A stretch of DNA of 64,000 bases from a virus (lineage: Duplodnaviria > Caudoviricetes), in the IMG/VR virus record IMGVR_UViG_3300025679_000005. One strand, written 5' to 3'. Each line of letters opens with the position of its first letter. The stretch's first letter is position 1. The position numbers and the translations under genes were made by a program. This document shows positions 1 to 10,296 of the stretch, one piece after another. The notes beneath the pieces were generated by a model. It was given only the letters and a program-made list of their open reading frames with translations, ran no database searches and was not told the origin of the DNA.

Positions 1-2
1 AT

Positions 3-176
3 GTCCAGGACCTTCTAGGGCAGTATGAGGGAAAAGAGGTTAGGTTCACCCTGGCCTCTTTCGATAACTTGTCTGAATTGGCGAAGCTGGTTGAGAGTGC
101 GGGCGGAGGTTTGGTCTCTGGGATAACCCCCGAGCAATTGCCTACAGTTCCGTTCAATATCGTCCGTAAATCCTAA
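3..176 (+). CDS. 3' end of a hypothetical protein (begins before the window)
   Basis: Open frame from position 3 (VQDLLGQYEGKEVRFTLASFDNLSELAKLV...) to TAA at 174-176; not in the ORF track. Confidence 0.5.
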   Translation, partial: VQDLLGQYEGKEVRFTLASFDNLSELAKLVESAGGGLVSGITPEQLPTVPFNIVRKS

Positions 177-197
177 CGATTCGGTGTAAAGGGAGGG

Positions 198-2120
198 ATG
201 GTATCGCTCCCTCCCTCCCTTGCTCATCTGGACACCCTGAGGAAGAAGGTCGTTCAGGCTCAAATCGACTACACTCAGGGAAATCCTACGGTTTCAGATG
301 AGGTGTACGACGCTTGGCGGGACGAGGCAGTTGAGGCCTGTAAGGCACTGGGCCTCACCAACGACCCGATCTATGGGATCGGCGCTCCCGTAGAAGAGTC
401 CTCCGAGTGGCCTAAGGTGCGTCATTCCACGTTGATGGGCTCCTTGGACAAGGTCCAGATCCCAGACCAGATGAATGATTGGGTCAAGGCCCTATCCCGA
501 AAGACCGCTGAGGCTTACTTGATAACGGAGAAGATGGATGGCATATCCATCAATCTTCGATTCGAGAATGGCACCCTAGTTCAAGCCTCCACCCGTGGCA
601 GCGGGGTCATCGGGGAGAGTATCACACCCAACGTCCTTCGGATGAAAGGCTTGCCCAAAGCTCTAGCCAGAGACCTGAACATCACGCTTCGTGGTGAGAT
701 CGTGCTCCTCAAGAGCGACTTCCTAGCGCATTTCCCAGACAAAGCCAATCCCAGGAACACGGCCGCAGGTGTCTCTAAGCGGTCGGATGGCAAAGGGTGC
801 GAGCACCTCTCGATCATCGTCTACCAGATTCAAGAGGGGTATGACTCGATCACAGAGTACGAGCAGTTCCTGCATATGGCTTCGTTGGGGTTCACTCTCC
901 CCAACTTCTCGATCGTGTATGATGCGGCTGGCATCAATTCGGAGTGGGCTCGTTACCAGGCAGGCTTCCGGGACTCCCTGGACTATGAGATCGATGGTCT
1001 GGTCATTCGTTTGAATGACCTGGCGTACCAATACTCTCTAGGCGAGACGAACGGCTGCCCTCAGGGAGCTGTGGCCTACAAGTTCACCCCCATTGCCAAA
1101 GAGACTACGATTAGGGAGATTCTCTGGCAGGTGGGCAGCATTGGTCGGATCACCCCTGTCGCAGTGTTTGATACCGTGAACCTCATCGGGGCTGCAACAT
1201 CCAGAGCCAGCCTTTACAATCTGAAATACGTTGAAGATCTGGGAATCGACATCGGGGCCAAGGTCCTAGTAGTCCGCGCCAATGACGTGATTCCCAGAGT
1301 ACACCAGGTGACGGCTTCTACGGGAACGGTCGCGAAACCTCCGGGACAGTGCCCTGTATGTTCAGCTGTTACCGCCCAAGATGGGGAGTACATTATCTGC
1401 CCTAATGTCTCGGAATGCCCCGCTCAGGTCGTTGGGCGGATCAAGCAGTGGGTGGCGGAGCTGGGGATCCTCGAATGGGGTGAGTCAGTCATTCAGAAGC
1501 TGGTGGATGCCGGCCTGGTGACCCACGTGGCGGACCTCTACAGGCTCAAACAAGACCAGGTAGCCGCCCTTGACCGGATGGGCGACAAGTCTGCCAAGAA
1601 CGTTCTGAAGACCCTCTGGGGGGCCGCGGAGATGCCTCTGGAGAAGCTCCTGGGTGGGCTCAGCATTCCGCTTTGCGCCACTTCTACCATTCGAATTCTT
1701 GTGGACGCAGGGATGGACTCTGTGGATAAGATCGCCTCGGCGTCGGTCGACACCCTCCAGAAGGTCCCGGGGATGGGGCCTAAGCGGGCGGAAGCTTTGG
1801 TTGCCTGGCTCAAGGATCACCGTCCCATTGTGGATGACATCTTGTCTGTGGGTGTGAAGATCACTGCTAGGGCTCAAGGTGGTCTCACGGGTAAGTCTGT
1901 GTGTTTTACTGGCAAGTCGACCCGAAAGCGTGCCGAGTTGGAGCAGCTGGCCGAAGCCGCTGGGGGCACTGTTAAGAACTCCGTAGGCAAAGGTTTGACC
2001 TTTCTCGTGCTGGCCGACCCGAATTCGACATCCTCTAAGGCAGAGGCCGCCCGTAAGAACGGTACGACTTGTGTCTCCGAAGAAGACTTCGTGACCATGT
2101 GTGGTACTCCAAATGTCTGA
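198..2120 (+). CDS. ligA: NAD-dependent DNA ligase
   Basis: KxDG adenylation motif (ITEKMDG), OB fold (WQVGSIGRITPVA), C4 zinc finger (CPVC...CPNVSEC), HhH repeats, C-terminal BRCT (GKSVCFTGKS...AGG); RBS GGGAGGG. Confidence 0.95.
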   Translation: MVSLPPSLAHLDTLRKKVVQAQIDYTQGNPTVSDEVYDAWRDEAVEACKALGLTNDPIYGIGAPVEESSEWPKVRHSTLMGSLDKVQIPDQMNDWVKALSRKTAEAYLITEKMDGISINLRFENGTLVQASTRGSGVIGESITPNVLRMKGLPKALARDLNITLRGEIVLLKSDFLAHFPDKANPRNTAAGVSKRSDGKGCEHLSIIVYQIQEGYDSITEYEQFLHMASLGFTLPNFSIVYDAAGINSEWARYQAGFRDSLDYEIDGLVIRLNDLAYQYSLGETNGCPQGAVAYKFTPIAKETTIREILWQVGSIGRITPVAVFDTVNLIGAATSRASLYNLKYVEDLGIDIGAKVLVVRANDVIPRVHQVTASTGTVAKPPGQCPVCSAVTAQDGEYIICPNVSECPAQVVGRIKQWVAELGILEWGESVIQKLVDAGLVTHVADLYRLKQDQVAALDRMGDKSAKNVLKTLWGAAEMPLEKLLGGLSIPLCATSTIRILVDAGMDSVDKIASASVDTLQKVPGMGPKRAEALVAWLKDHRPIVDDILSVGVKITARAQGGLTGKSVCFTGKSTRKRAELEQLAEAAGGTVKNSVGKGLTFLVLADPNSTSSKAEAARKNGTTCVSEEDFVTMCGTPNV

Positions 2121-4323
2121 TACTTTACGGGGCCGTGTGTACTCGGTCGTGTTCAGCCAGGACGGGTACTACATCCTGAATTTCGATCCGGACGGCGGTG
2201 GTCGACCGGTCAAAGTCAAGGGTAACCTATATGGGCTGCTCCAAATAAAGGCAGGCATTGCCATCGAGCTGGTGGGGAAATGGGCCACCAGTAAGAAGTA
2301 CGGTCAGGAGTTCCTCATCCAGACTTGGCAACCTTGGGGAGACACGGCCGCGGAGGTCTCCGATTTCCTACAAACGTGTGTGAAGGAGTTCGCAGATTTT
2401 AGAGTGGTAGATGCTTTGGTTAAAACCCACGGTGTGTCTACCTACGAGCAGCTCACCAAACTAGCCGATGTCGTGATCGAGGCTCCGGAAGGGTTCTACC
2501 CGGATGTCTCCAAAGAGAGTATGTCTAAGGCAGTCCTGGGTTGGGAGACTGCCTTATCAACACGAGACCTCTCCGTACTGCTTCGGGAGGGGGGTCTAGG
2601 GGCCATGGAGGTCCAGGCGGCCATGGCTCGTTTTGGAGCCGACGCCCCCAGGATTGTTGCAGAGAACCCGTATCGTTTGATGGAAATATTGGGGTTTTCG
2701 TTCGCCAAAATAGACAAGCTGGCGATGAACCTGGGCTGTAAGTTTAGTGACCACAGGCGCATACAAGGGCTGGTGCTCTGGGCTCTTCAGGAAGCTGCCA
2801 AGCAAGGGCACCTCTACCTACGCAGAGGGGAATTGAGCGAGCACATTGCGGAGTTGGCCAAGAAGGACAGTCTGGTGTTGTCGCTTGCCGAGCCGGCCAA
2901 GGTATACGACGCTGCGGTTGTCGAGCTAGTAGAACACAAGGCGGTGATGCTCGATGTGGAGGCAGGCCTGTACCTACCTCAGCTGTTCGAGTTTGAGCGC
3001 AAAAGCGCCAAGTACATTGCCACCCTGCTTACAGAGTCCATCCCTCTTGGGGTAGACTCGTCCGCCTTCATAGAAGCCTATGAGAAGTCCCACCACATTC
3101 GCCTCTCTGACGCTCAGAGACAGGCGGTAGAACTGCTGTCCAAACACAGGGCTCTGGTGATTACGGGGCTGCCTGGCACGGGAAAAACCACCGTCCTGAG
3201 AGCCCTCGTGAGGTTTTTGGAGGAGGCTAAGGTGAGCTTCAAGCTCATGGCTCCTACAGGCATTGCGGCTAAGCGTCTGGCGTCGGTGACGGGCCACGAG
3301 GCGTCCACGGTGCACAGAGCCCTCAAGTACGACGGCAGCGCCTGGGGGTGCCACGAGAACAACTACTTCATGACAGACGCGGTCATCACCGACGAAGCCA
3401 GTATGATGGATCAGGAGCTGCTCTACCGGCTTCTGAGTGCTTTGCGTTCGGACACCAGGGTCGTTCTGGTGGGGGATGACGCTCAGCTACCCTCGGTAGG
3501 CCCGGGAAACGTTCTTCGAGAACTCATCGACTGCAAGTCGGTCCCCCATGTCAAGCTAACTGAGATCTTTCGCCAGGACTCTCAGGGGGAGATCGTCACC
3601 AATTCTCACAGGATAAACTCTGGGAAGATGCCTGAGCTGGCTGACCCTAAAAAGGAATCGGAATTCAAGTTCGTCAGGCTCAGTGATGAGGCTAGGATCG
3701 CAAGTTTGATCGTGGAGATGGCTGTCAAGCTCAAGTCACGGGACGCCAACTTTCAAGTGCTATCACCCAAGTACGATGGCATCGTGGGGGTAGACAACCT
3801 CAATGAGATGCTTCGTGACGCCCTGAATCCCTCTGGTCCTAAAGAGTGGTCTAACGGTAAACAGAGGTTCAGAGAGGGCGACCGTCTCATGGTCATCCAA
3901 AATGACTACAAGCTCAAGGTCTACAACGGAGACGTGGGCAAGTTGCGTTACGTGAACAAGGACACCTTAATTGTGAAGATCCATGGGTTGGGGTCGCAGT
4001 TGGAAGAGGACATCAGCTTCCCTGAAGGGGTAGCGGGCTCTAAGTTGAGACTGGCTTACGCCATCACAGTCCATAAGAGCCAGGGCTCTGAGTTCGATAC
4101 CATCATCCTCCCAATCGTTCGGACTCAGGGCCGCATGCTGCAACGCAACCTTCTGTATACGGCGGTCACTAGGGCTAAGAAGCGCGTCTGGCTAATTGGC
4201 GAAGAGACGGCTATTCAGAAGGCGATTGAGAACAACAAGGTAGTACGTAGGAACACGGTCTTGTCAAAGGCCATCGCAGGCAATCTGGTAGCTGTGGGCG
4301 TACCTGTCGGAGACAAATCATGA
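2113..4323 (+). CDS. recD2: RecD2-like SF1B 5'-3' helicase
   Basis: N-terminal OB and HhH region, Walker A GLPGTGKTT, DEASM, VGDDAQLPSVGPG, AYAITVHKSQGSEF, LLYTAVTRAK; ATG 2113 is the more likely start than GTG 2101. Confidence 0.92.
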   Translation: MSDTLRGRVYSVVFSQDGYYILNFDPDGGGRPVKVKGNLYGLLQIKAGIAIELVGKWATSKKYGQEFLIQTWQPWGDTAAEVSDFLQTCVKEFADFRVVDALVKTHGVSTYEQLTKLADVVIEAPEGFYPDVSKESMSKAVLGWETALSTRDLSVLLREGGLGAMEVQAAMARFGADAPRIVAENPYRLMEILGFSFAKIDKLAMNLGCKFSDHRRIQGLVLWALQEAAKQGHLYLRRGELSEHIAELAKKDSLVLSLAEPAKVYDAAVVELVEHKAVMLDVEAGLYLPQLFEFERKSAKYIATLLTESIPLGVDSSAFIEAYEKSHHIRLSDAQRQAVELLSKHRALVITGLPGTGKTTVLRALVRFLEEAKVSFKLMAPTGIAAKRLASVTGHEASTVHRALKYDGSAWGCHENNYFMTDAVITDEASMMDQELLYRLLSALRSDTRVVLVGDDAQLPSVGPGNVLRELIDCKSVPHVKLTEIFRQDSQGEIVTNSHRINSGKMPELADPKKESEFKFVRLSDEARIASLIVEMAVKLKSRDANFQVLSPKYDGIVGVDNLNEMLRDALNPSGPKEWSNGKQRFREGDRLMVIQNDYKLKVYNGDVGKLRYVNKDTLIVKIHGLGSQLEEDISFPEGVAGSKLRLAYAITVHKSQGSEFDTIILPIVRTQGRMLQRNLLYTAVTRAKKRVWLIGEETAIQKAIENNKVVRRNTVLSKAIAGNLVAVGVPVGDKS

Positions 4324-5090
4324 AGCAAGAACGCATCGAAGCCATCTATGATCAATTAGGGGACCTGGTAGTCGAACTATCCAGGGATCCCGTATCGATG
4401 GGTCCTGCTTACTTGCAAGACCTGATTGCAAGGACCCGCGGCTACCTCAATATAGCCAGCAATATGGTGCATGAGGTGCACCGCCAGAAGTCGTCTATTG
4501 AGACCGAGCTGGATGCCAAAGAAGCGGCGTTCCTGATCAGCTCGGATGGCTTATTGGCTGACGATGCAAGGGTGACTCGTCTCCCTAATATTGAGGATCG
4601 AAAGGCCATGATCAACCTGATTCTAAGGGAAGAACGGGCTGAAATACTGAAGCTAAAGAACCAGGTAAAAGAGCTTGGATTCGTGGACAAAGCCATCCGA
4701 CACCGCCATAAGGAGTTGGACAATACAATGAGCGCCATTCGCATGCAGAAGGCCCTCATTGACTCTGAACTGAGAACAGGCGCCTTTTATGGGGATGAAA
4801 CGGAAACCTCCCGTAAGTCATCCTACAGAGCCCCTTCAAAGGGCCCTGTGACGGCCGATAGCTTCTCTATCGACGACTCGGAGCTTCTACAGCTTCTGGA
4901 AGGCTCTGCGGAGCCTATAGGCCTGCTAGGCGCGGGCGAAATTATTGAGGAGGATGAGGACCCACAATCAGTAGTGGTGGCCCCTGCTGAAGAGCCCAAG
5001 GCAATGACAGCTGCGGAGTCTGAGGACAGCATGGCAGTCGAAAAATTCTTGGAAGGCGACGATTATTCAGCAGTGTTTGACAATCTTTGA
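4320..5090 (+). CDS. Hypothetical coiled-coil protein with acidic C-terminus (possibly a recombination mediator)
   Basis: 256-aa ORF with ATGA overlap; helical N-terminal 150 aa; lies between helicase and SSB-like gene; function is inference only. Confidence 0.55.
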   Translation: MKQERIEAIYDQLGDLVVELSRDPVSMGPAYLQDLIARTRGYLNIASNMVHEVHRQKSSIETELDAKEAAFLISSDGLLADDARVTRLPNIEDRKAMINLILREERAEILKLKNQVKELGFVDKAIRHRHKELDNTMSAIRMQKALIDSELRTGAFYGDETETSRKSSYRAPSKGPVTADSFSIDDSELLQLLEGSAEPIGLLGAGEIIEEDEDPQSVVVAPAEEPKAMTAAESEDSMAVEKFLEGDDYSAVFDNL

Positions 5091-5196
5091 TTGCACACGG
5101 TGTAGTAGCCAATAACGAGTTCACACCCCTACCCAACAACCTAATTTGTAGGTGGTGAGGACCCTTTTCAATCAGCAGTAGGAGCAAGAAACCATC

Positions 5197-6048
5197 ATGG
5201 AAATAGATCTCGATACGAACTACGATGACGATGTAGGTCTTGGTGCAGAAGACAAGAAGCACGCCCGTTCGAACCAACTAGAGTGGTTCAAAGGGGAGAA
5301 AGGCCGCACCTACCGTGTGTCCCTCGTGTACTTCAATCCGCTCGAAGCCTCTGTCGTCAGGGCTGTCCGGAAGAAGAACCCCCAGGCCACGAAGGAAGAA
5401 ATACTTGCCGCCGTAAACGGTGTCTTCGCCAAGAAGGCTGAAGCACTGGGTAAGTCCGCCGACCAACTAACCGGCGGGGACAAGCTGGACCTCAACAACG
5501 TCCGCTTCAAGAAAATAGAGGCGCACTACAAGGAGGGCGTCGGTTATGTCGTTTCCCGATTGGGTAAGGACGGACCCGAGGCCGACTCGGTTTGGAAGAC
5601 GTTGGGCGATATGAAGACCTACTTCACAACTTGCCTCATCGTTTACCCGACCACTCGCGAAGGCGAGCCGATCAAAGACCAGCTTCCTACCAACTGGACC
5701 GTCACCCCGTGGCGCTTCAGCAACAAGATATTTCGCCGCTTGCATGAAGTGGCGGAGTCGCTTCGTTCGAACGACTTGAACATCTGCATGCAGGATCTCA
5801 GCCTGAAGTGCACCAATACGGAGTTCCAGAACTTCGACATTGATGGTGCAGGCAAGGCTCTGTGGCGGATCAACGACAAGTTCCAAACAAGGGTGCTGGA
5901 GAAGGCTCTCCCGATCTACGAGAAGTTGGTGCCATTCCGTGAAATGAGCACCGCCGACTTGAAGATCAAGCTCGGAATTTCCGACGGTGGCGGTGTCGAT
6001 ACCACCATGGACGGCGGAGACTTCGGCAACTTGATGGACCAGGTCTGA
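5197..6048 (+). CDS. Putative single-stranded DNA-binding protein (gp32-like)
   Basis: Aromatic/basic core, acidic Gly-rich tail (DGGGVDTTMDGGDFGNLMDQV), RBS AGGAG at 5180, position next to recombination genes. Confidence 0.5.
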   Translation: MEIDLDTNYDDDVGLGAEDKKHARSNQLEWFKGEKGRTYRVSLVYFNPLEASVVRAVRKKNPQATKEEILAAVNGVFAKKAEALGKSADQLTGGDKLDLNNVRFKKIEAHYKEGVGYVVSRLGKDGPEADSVWKTLGDMKTYFTTCLIVYPTTREGEPIKDQLPTNWTVTPWRFSNKIFRRLHEVAESLRSNDLNICMQDLSLKCTNTEFQNFDIDGAGKALWRINDKFQTRVLEKALPIYEKLVPFREMSTADLKIKLGISDGGGVDTTMDGGDFGNLMDQV

Positions 6049-6054
6049 TCTGGA

Positions 6055-6795
6055 GTGGGGCTCCGGCCCCACGTCATGATCGTCCTAGGACTTGATCCGT
6101 CTTTGACCGGATTCGGCTGGGCAGTTCACAACTCCAATGTTGTGGGCCCCAGCCGAGTCTTGGCCAAGGGACAGTTCATCACAGATGCAAACGCCCTGTT
6201 CATTGAGCGTTATGCTGCAATTCGTGACGCGCTGATAACCCTGATAGGGCAGTACCCTATTGAGGCTGTGGGCGTAGAATCCCCTCCTTACGGAGAGAGC
6301 TTCAGTGAAGGCCTGTATGGCCTGTTCCTGTACGTGAATGAAGCCCTCCACCTTTGTCGGAAAGACGTTGTCTACTTCGATCCGACAACCCTGAAAATGC
6401 TGGCCAAGATGGACCCTAACGTCCGTCGAGGAACGATGGACAAGGGTGACATGGTGGAAGCGGCGAAGTCTGATACTCAGATCAAGAAGTGGCACCACAA
6501 TGAAGCTGACGCCTACCTCATTGCCAGAAGCGCAGCCCGCTTTTGGAAGAGGGAGTCGCAGCTGATTACAGATGAAGACCTAACACCTTCGGAGCTGCGC
6601 TCTTTCGCTAGAGTGCACACCTACCAAAAGGGGGCGAAGGCAGGTCGAACGGTCAAGGCAGGGCTGATATTCCGAGAGGACGACAGGTTCTTCCGGTACT
6701 CCAAGATACCCCCCATTCCAGAAGAAGAGGAACTAGTAAAATGGCTCAGCGCAAGAAACCACCAGAAGGCTCTGAAGATCAAGGTTCTCAAGTGA
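6055..6795 (+). CDS. ruvC: RuvC-like Holliday junction resolvase
   Basis: RNase H-fold start IVLGLDPSLTGFGWAV, second acidic AVGVES, C-terminal HNEADA; start could instead be ATG 6076. Confidence 0.78.
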   Translation: MGLRPHVMIVLGLDPSLTGFGWAVHNSNVVGPSRVLAKGQFITDANALFIERYAAIRDALITLIGQYPIEAVGVESPPYGESFSEGLYGLFLYVNEALHLCRKDVVYFDPTTLKMLAKMDPNVRRGTMDKGDMVEAAKSDTQIKKWHHNEADAYLIARSAARFWKRESQLITDEDLTPSELRSFARVHTYQKGAKAGRTVKAGLIFREDDRFFRYSKIPPIPEEEELVKWLSARNHQKALKIKVLK

Positions 6796-8096
6796 GTGCT
6801 CAGGCACCTGCCCCCAAAGCTCCCCCAAAGGCAGCTGCCAAGACTCCGGCCGCCAAGGCTGCTGACGAAGATGCTGCCAAGCGTGTGGCGATGGCCCGAG
6901 CAGCCATCCTCAGAAGCACCGGCAAGAAGATCGTGGGCGAGGACAAGAGTGCTCTCCCCTACGTATCCACCGGCAGCTTCCTCTTAGATCACCTCATCGG
7001 TGGCACCATGGCAGAGGACGGCAAGGCTTCGATTTGTCCAGGTTACCCCCGTCGCTGCTACACGGAAATATATGGCGCTGAAGCGTCGGGCAAAACCACA
7101 GCTGCCCTCGAAGCTGTCGCCGATATCCAGAAGCAACCTGGCGGCATCGCCATGTACCTCGACTTCGAGAAGGCTCTGAATCAGAAGTATGCTCGTTCGA
7201 TTGGGGTAGTATTCGACCCGAACAAGTTGATGCTGTTCCAGCCGGATACGATGGAAGAGGGCTTCAAGATGTTGTGGGCTGGCCTGAAGATGGGTGTTGA
7301 TCTCATCGTCATTGACTCGGTGGCGGCCATGGTTCCGAAAGAGGAACTAGAGAAGGGTTTTGACGACCCGCAACGCATCGGTGCTCAGGCCCGTGTCCTC
7401 AGCATAATCCTGCCCAAGCTGGCCACATGGTTCAACAATCCGACGATCTCTACGAACCCTAAGGGGACGGCGCTGATCTTCATCAATCAGATTCGTGCGC
7501 TGATCAGTACTACATCCAGAAATCCAGACGCAGACAACACTCCTGGCGGCAAGGCTCTGAAGTACTATGCCCACCTTCGTGTCAAGTTCACCAGGCTTCG
7601 AGGGGAGAAAGTCGAGCGCAAAAACAAGTTCACTGGTAAGGTCCAAAAGTACGACTTTGGGCAACATACCCAAGCCAAGATCATCAAGTCTAGGCTTGAT
7701 GGCTCGAACGGACACACCACGGACCTGTTCATCCGGTACGGCCACGGCATCGACAACTACTACAGTCTGATCGAATCGGGGGTGGCCACCCACATCATCA
7801 AGAAATCAGGGTCAACCCTCTCATACGGTGGTCATGACGAACGTAGCCGGGACAAGTTCCGCAGCTACTTAGTCAACAATCCAGCGATCTTCGAGGAACT
7901 GAAGATCAAGGTGGTTAGAGCTGTCAAGGATGACGCCCCGATTGAAGAGCTGGACGAGGACGACGAGTTGGTAGAATCGATGGATGAGGCTTTTGAAGCT
8001 TTGACTACAGAAGAATCCTCCTCAGAAGAGGTCATCGAGACCGAGGACTTCGTGGCCGAAGACCAGGCAGCTCAGGACGATACGGCAGCAGAATGA
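6741..8096 (+). CDS. recA: RecA-family recombinase
   Basis: STGS, EIYGAEASGKTT Walker A, DFEKAL, VIDSVAAMVP, IFINQIR, TPGGKALKYYA; Ala/Lys/Pro-rich N-extension and acidic tail. Confidence 0.93.
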   Translation: MAQRKKPPEGSEDQGSQVSAQAPAPKAPPKAAAKTPAAKAADEDAAKRVAMARAAILRSTGKKIVGEDKSALPYVSTGSFLLDHLIGGTMAEDGKASICPGYPRRCYTEIYGAEASGKTTAALEAVADIQKQPGGIAMYLDFEKALNQKYARSIGVVFDPNKLMLFQPDTMEEGFKMLWAGLKMGVDLIVIDSVAAMVPKEELEKGFDDPQRIGAQARVLSIILPKLATWFNNPTISTNPKGTALIFINQIRALISTTSRNPDADNTPGGKALKYYAHLRVKFTRLRGEKVERKNKFTGKVQKYDFGQHTQAKIIKSRLDGSNGHTTDLFIRYGHGIDNYYSLIESGVATHIIKKSGSTLSYGGHDERSRDKFRSYLVNNPAIFEELKIKVVRAVKDDAPIEELDEDDELVESMDEAFEALTTEESSSEEVIETEDFVAEDQAAQDDTAAE

Positions 8097-9334
8097 TCGA
8101 AATCGAAGTCAGCGACTTCCAGTCGATCAGGCATACCGATGTGACTATCGACAAGTTCTCGGTCATCGTGGGCCGCTCGAACATTGGAAAAAGTGCGCTC
8201 GTGAGGGCTGTTCAGTTTGCCCTCACGGGGGCTGTCGGCACTGACTTCGTACGTCACGGAGCGGCCTGTGACAGGGCCGCTCGTGGCACCAAGAAATGCA
8301 AGTGTTTCTCCAGGGTCCGGGTCAAGACCTCGGCCATTGAGTTTACTTGGGAGAAGGGCGACAACGTCAATCGCTATACGGTTATTCAAGAGGGCGTGTC
8401 TCAGGTGTATGAGGGACTGGATCGGGGCACCCCTCCGTTTCTAGCCGATACCTTCCAACCCATCAAAGTGGGGGACAGTAAGGAACTGGCTCAAATACCA
8501 GATCAATTCGAGCCCATTTTCCTCCTGAACAAGTCTGGGACGGTGGTGGCTGATGTTCTTAGTGATGTGGCTCAGCTAGATGAGATCAATGTGGCCATGG
8601 CTATGGCCGTCAAGGATCGTAAGGACTGCGGGGCCACTAGGAAGGTGAGAACGCAGGATATCGTCGATTTGAACAAGTCCCTGGAGAAGTACCTGGGCTC
8701 GGATACGGCCGTGGCAGCCGCCGCCGCCCTGCAAGTGCGTTTGGAAGGCGCCAAGCACAAGCAGACCCAAGCAGACTTGCTGGATCGCTTCGTCGCTTCA
8801 GCCAAGGCTCTGACCCTATCTTTGACGACGCTGAACAAGGCAACAGCCCCGGCCTTGCCAGACCTAGAGCCCTTGAAAGAGACCTCGGGCAGTCTCACCC
8901 AAATAGGCGCCTTCTGTTCTAAGGTGTCCGACCTAGCCCCACAGGTACAGAGCTTGTCGGGGGTTACGTCTGTGACGTTGCCTGAGGACCCCAACCTACA
9001 GGTTGGCCCTCAGAAGCTCTCCAAGATGGGGGTGTGGCTCAACCGCCTTCAGAGCCTAAAAGCGTCCCTGGACGGTTGGGAAACCCTAGAGAAGGTACCT
9101 GAGGTTGAGGATCAGGCTCCAGTGAAAGCCAAGTATCTGAAGCTGGTCGGGCTGAACATCCTGGTGTCCAAAGTGGTAGCCATCGAGGCCAGCTACAGTA
9201 CGGCCAAGAAGGACCTCGAAGCTGTCATCAAGCTTGAGGCGGAGATCCTCAAGGAACTGAACGACCTGGGGATGTGCCCAGCATGTTCCCAGTCAATTGA
9301 CGCCGAGCACGCTCTGCACCTGGAGGCCTCGTGA
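8093..9334 (+). CDS. SbcC/Rad50-like ATPase, N-terminal half ending at the zinc hook
   Basis: IEVSDFQSI...IVGRSNIGKSALVRA Walker A, Q-loop-like QIPDQFEPIFLL, long coiled coil, CPAC 16 residues from the stop; no Walker B or signature motif. Confidence 0.8.
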   Translation: MIEIEVSDFQSIRHTDVTIDKFSVIVGRSNIGKSALVRAVQFALTGAVGTDFVRHGAACDRAARGTKKCKCFSRVRVKTSAIEFTWEKGDNVNRYTVIQEGVSQVYEGLDRGTPPFLADTFQPIKVGDSKELAQIPDQFEPIFLLNKSGTVVADVLSDVAQLDEINVAMAMAVKDRKDCGATRKVRTQDIVDLNKSLEKYLGSDTAVAAAAALQVRLEGAKHKQTQADLLDRFVASAKALTLSLTTLNKATAPALPDLEPLKETSGSLTQIGAFCSKVSDLAPQVQSLSGVTSVTLPEDPNLQVGPQKLSKMGVWLNRLQSLKASLDGWETLEKVPEVEDQAPVKAKYLKLVGLNILVSKVVAIEASYSTAKKDLEAVIKLEAEILKELNDLGMCPACSQSIDAEHALHLEAS

Positions 9335-10296
9335 AATTTATCTTCCGGACGGACGTGCATGCCGCAGACAAGGGCCCCTCCTCGTGGAAGGGCGACTACC
9401 CAGCGGAGATTCGGAGCAATCTCGTTCAAATAGGCGAGATTGCTAGGAAGCACGGGGCGACGGCTGTCTTGGATGGGGGCGACTTCTTCCACGTCAAGGA
9501 TGCCGTGAAGAACTCCCATGCTTTGGTCAAGGACATCATGTCCCTGCACAACGAGTATTACCCGTGCCCTGTTTACTGTGTGGAGGGCAACCACGACATT
9601 GTGGGCAACAATCTCACGACCCTGTCCAAACAGCCCCTAGGAGTCTTGATCGAGTCCGGAGTGTTCCGAGAGCTTCGTGAGGAGGTTTTTACGGACGGGC
9701 TTGATCAAGTTAGAATCGTAGGCTTCCCGTACAGCTCGGAGCGCACTCTCAGGGAGATTCAAGAGGCGAGGAAGCAACCAGGGGACACCTGCCTGATAGC
9801 AGTCGTTCACGCACTGGCTGGGGAGAACCCGCCGGCCAATGTGGAGGACTTCTTCGGAGAGCCTGTCTTCCGGTACGACACCATGATCGTTGAGGGTGGC
9901 CCAGATGTCCTGTTGTTTGGGCATTGGCATCGAGATCAGGGGATCGTTCAGCTGGAGGGGCGATTCTTCGTCAATCAAGGCGCCGTGTCCCGAGGGGCGC
10001 TGGTACGGGAGAACTTAGAGCGTACACCCAAGGTAGCCCTCATTGAGGTAGCCGATGGCGTGATCACCGTCAAGGCCATGCCACTTACTGTGCTCCCGGC
10101 CGAAGAGGTCTTCGATGTCGAGCGCAAAGAGCGCCTGGAGAAAGAAGCCCTGGCTATTGATCAGTTCGTTGCACAGATGGAGGCGGATTCCGAGGAGGAC
10201 ACTCCCAAGGACATCGACACTAGCCTGTCTGTGCTGAATTTCGCTCCTGAGGTTCGAAAGCGGGCTCAGGTTTATCTAGAGAGAGCCCGGTCATGA
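9331..10296 (+). CDS. SbcD/Mre11-like metallophosphoesterase nuclease
   Basis: DVH, GGDFFH, GNHD, VVH, GHWH motifs; overlaps the SbcC-N stop. Confidence 0.82.
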   Translation: MKFIFRTDVHAADKGPSSWKGDYPAEIRSNLVQIGEIARKHGATAVLDGGDFFHVKDAVKNSHALVKDIMSLHNEYYPCPVYCVEGNHDIVGNNLTTLSKQPLGVLIESGVFRELREEVFTDGLDQVRIVGFPYSSERTLREIQEARKQPGDTCLIAVVHALAGENPPANVEDFFGEPVFRYDTMIVEGGPDVLLFGHWHRDQGIVQLEGRFFVNQGAVSRGALVRENLERTPKVALIEVADGVITVKAMPLTVLPAEEVFDVERKERLEKEALAIDQFVAQMEADSEEDTPKDIDTSLSVLNFAPEVRKRAQVYLERARS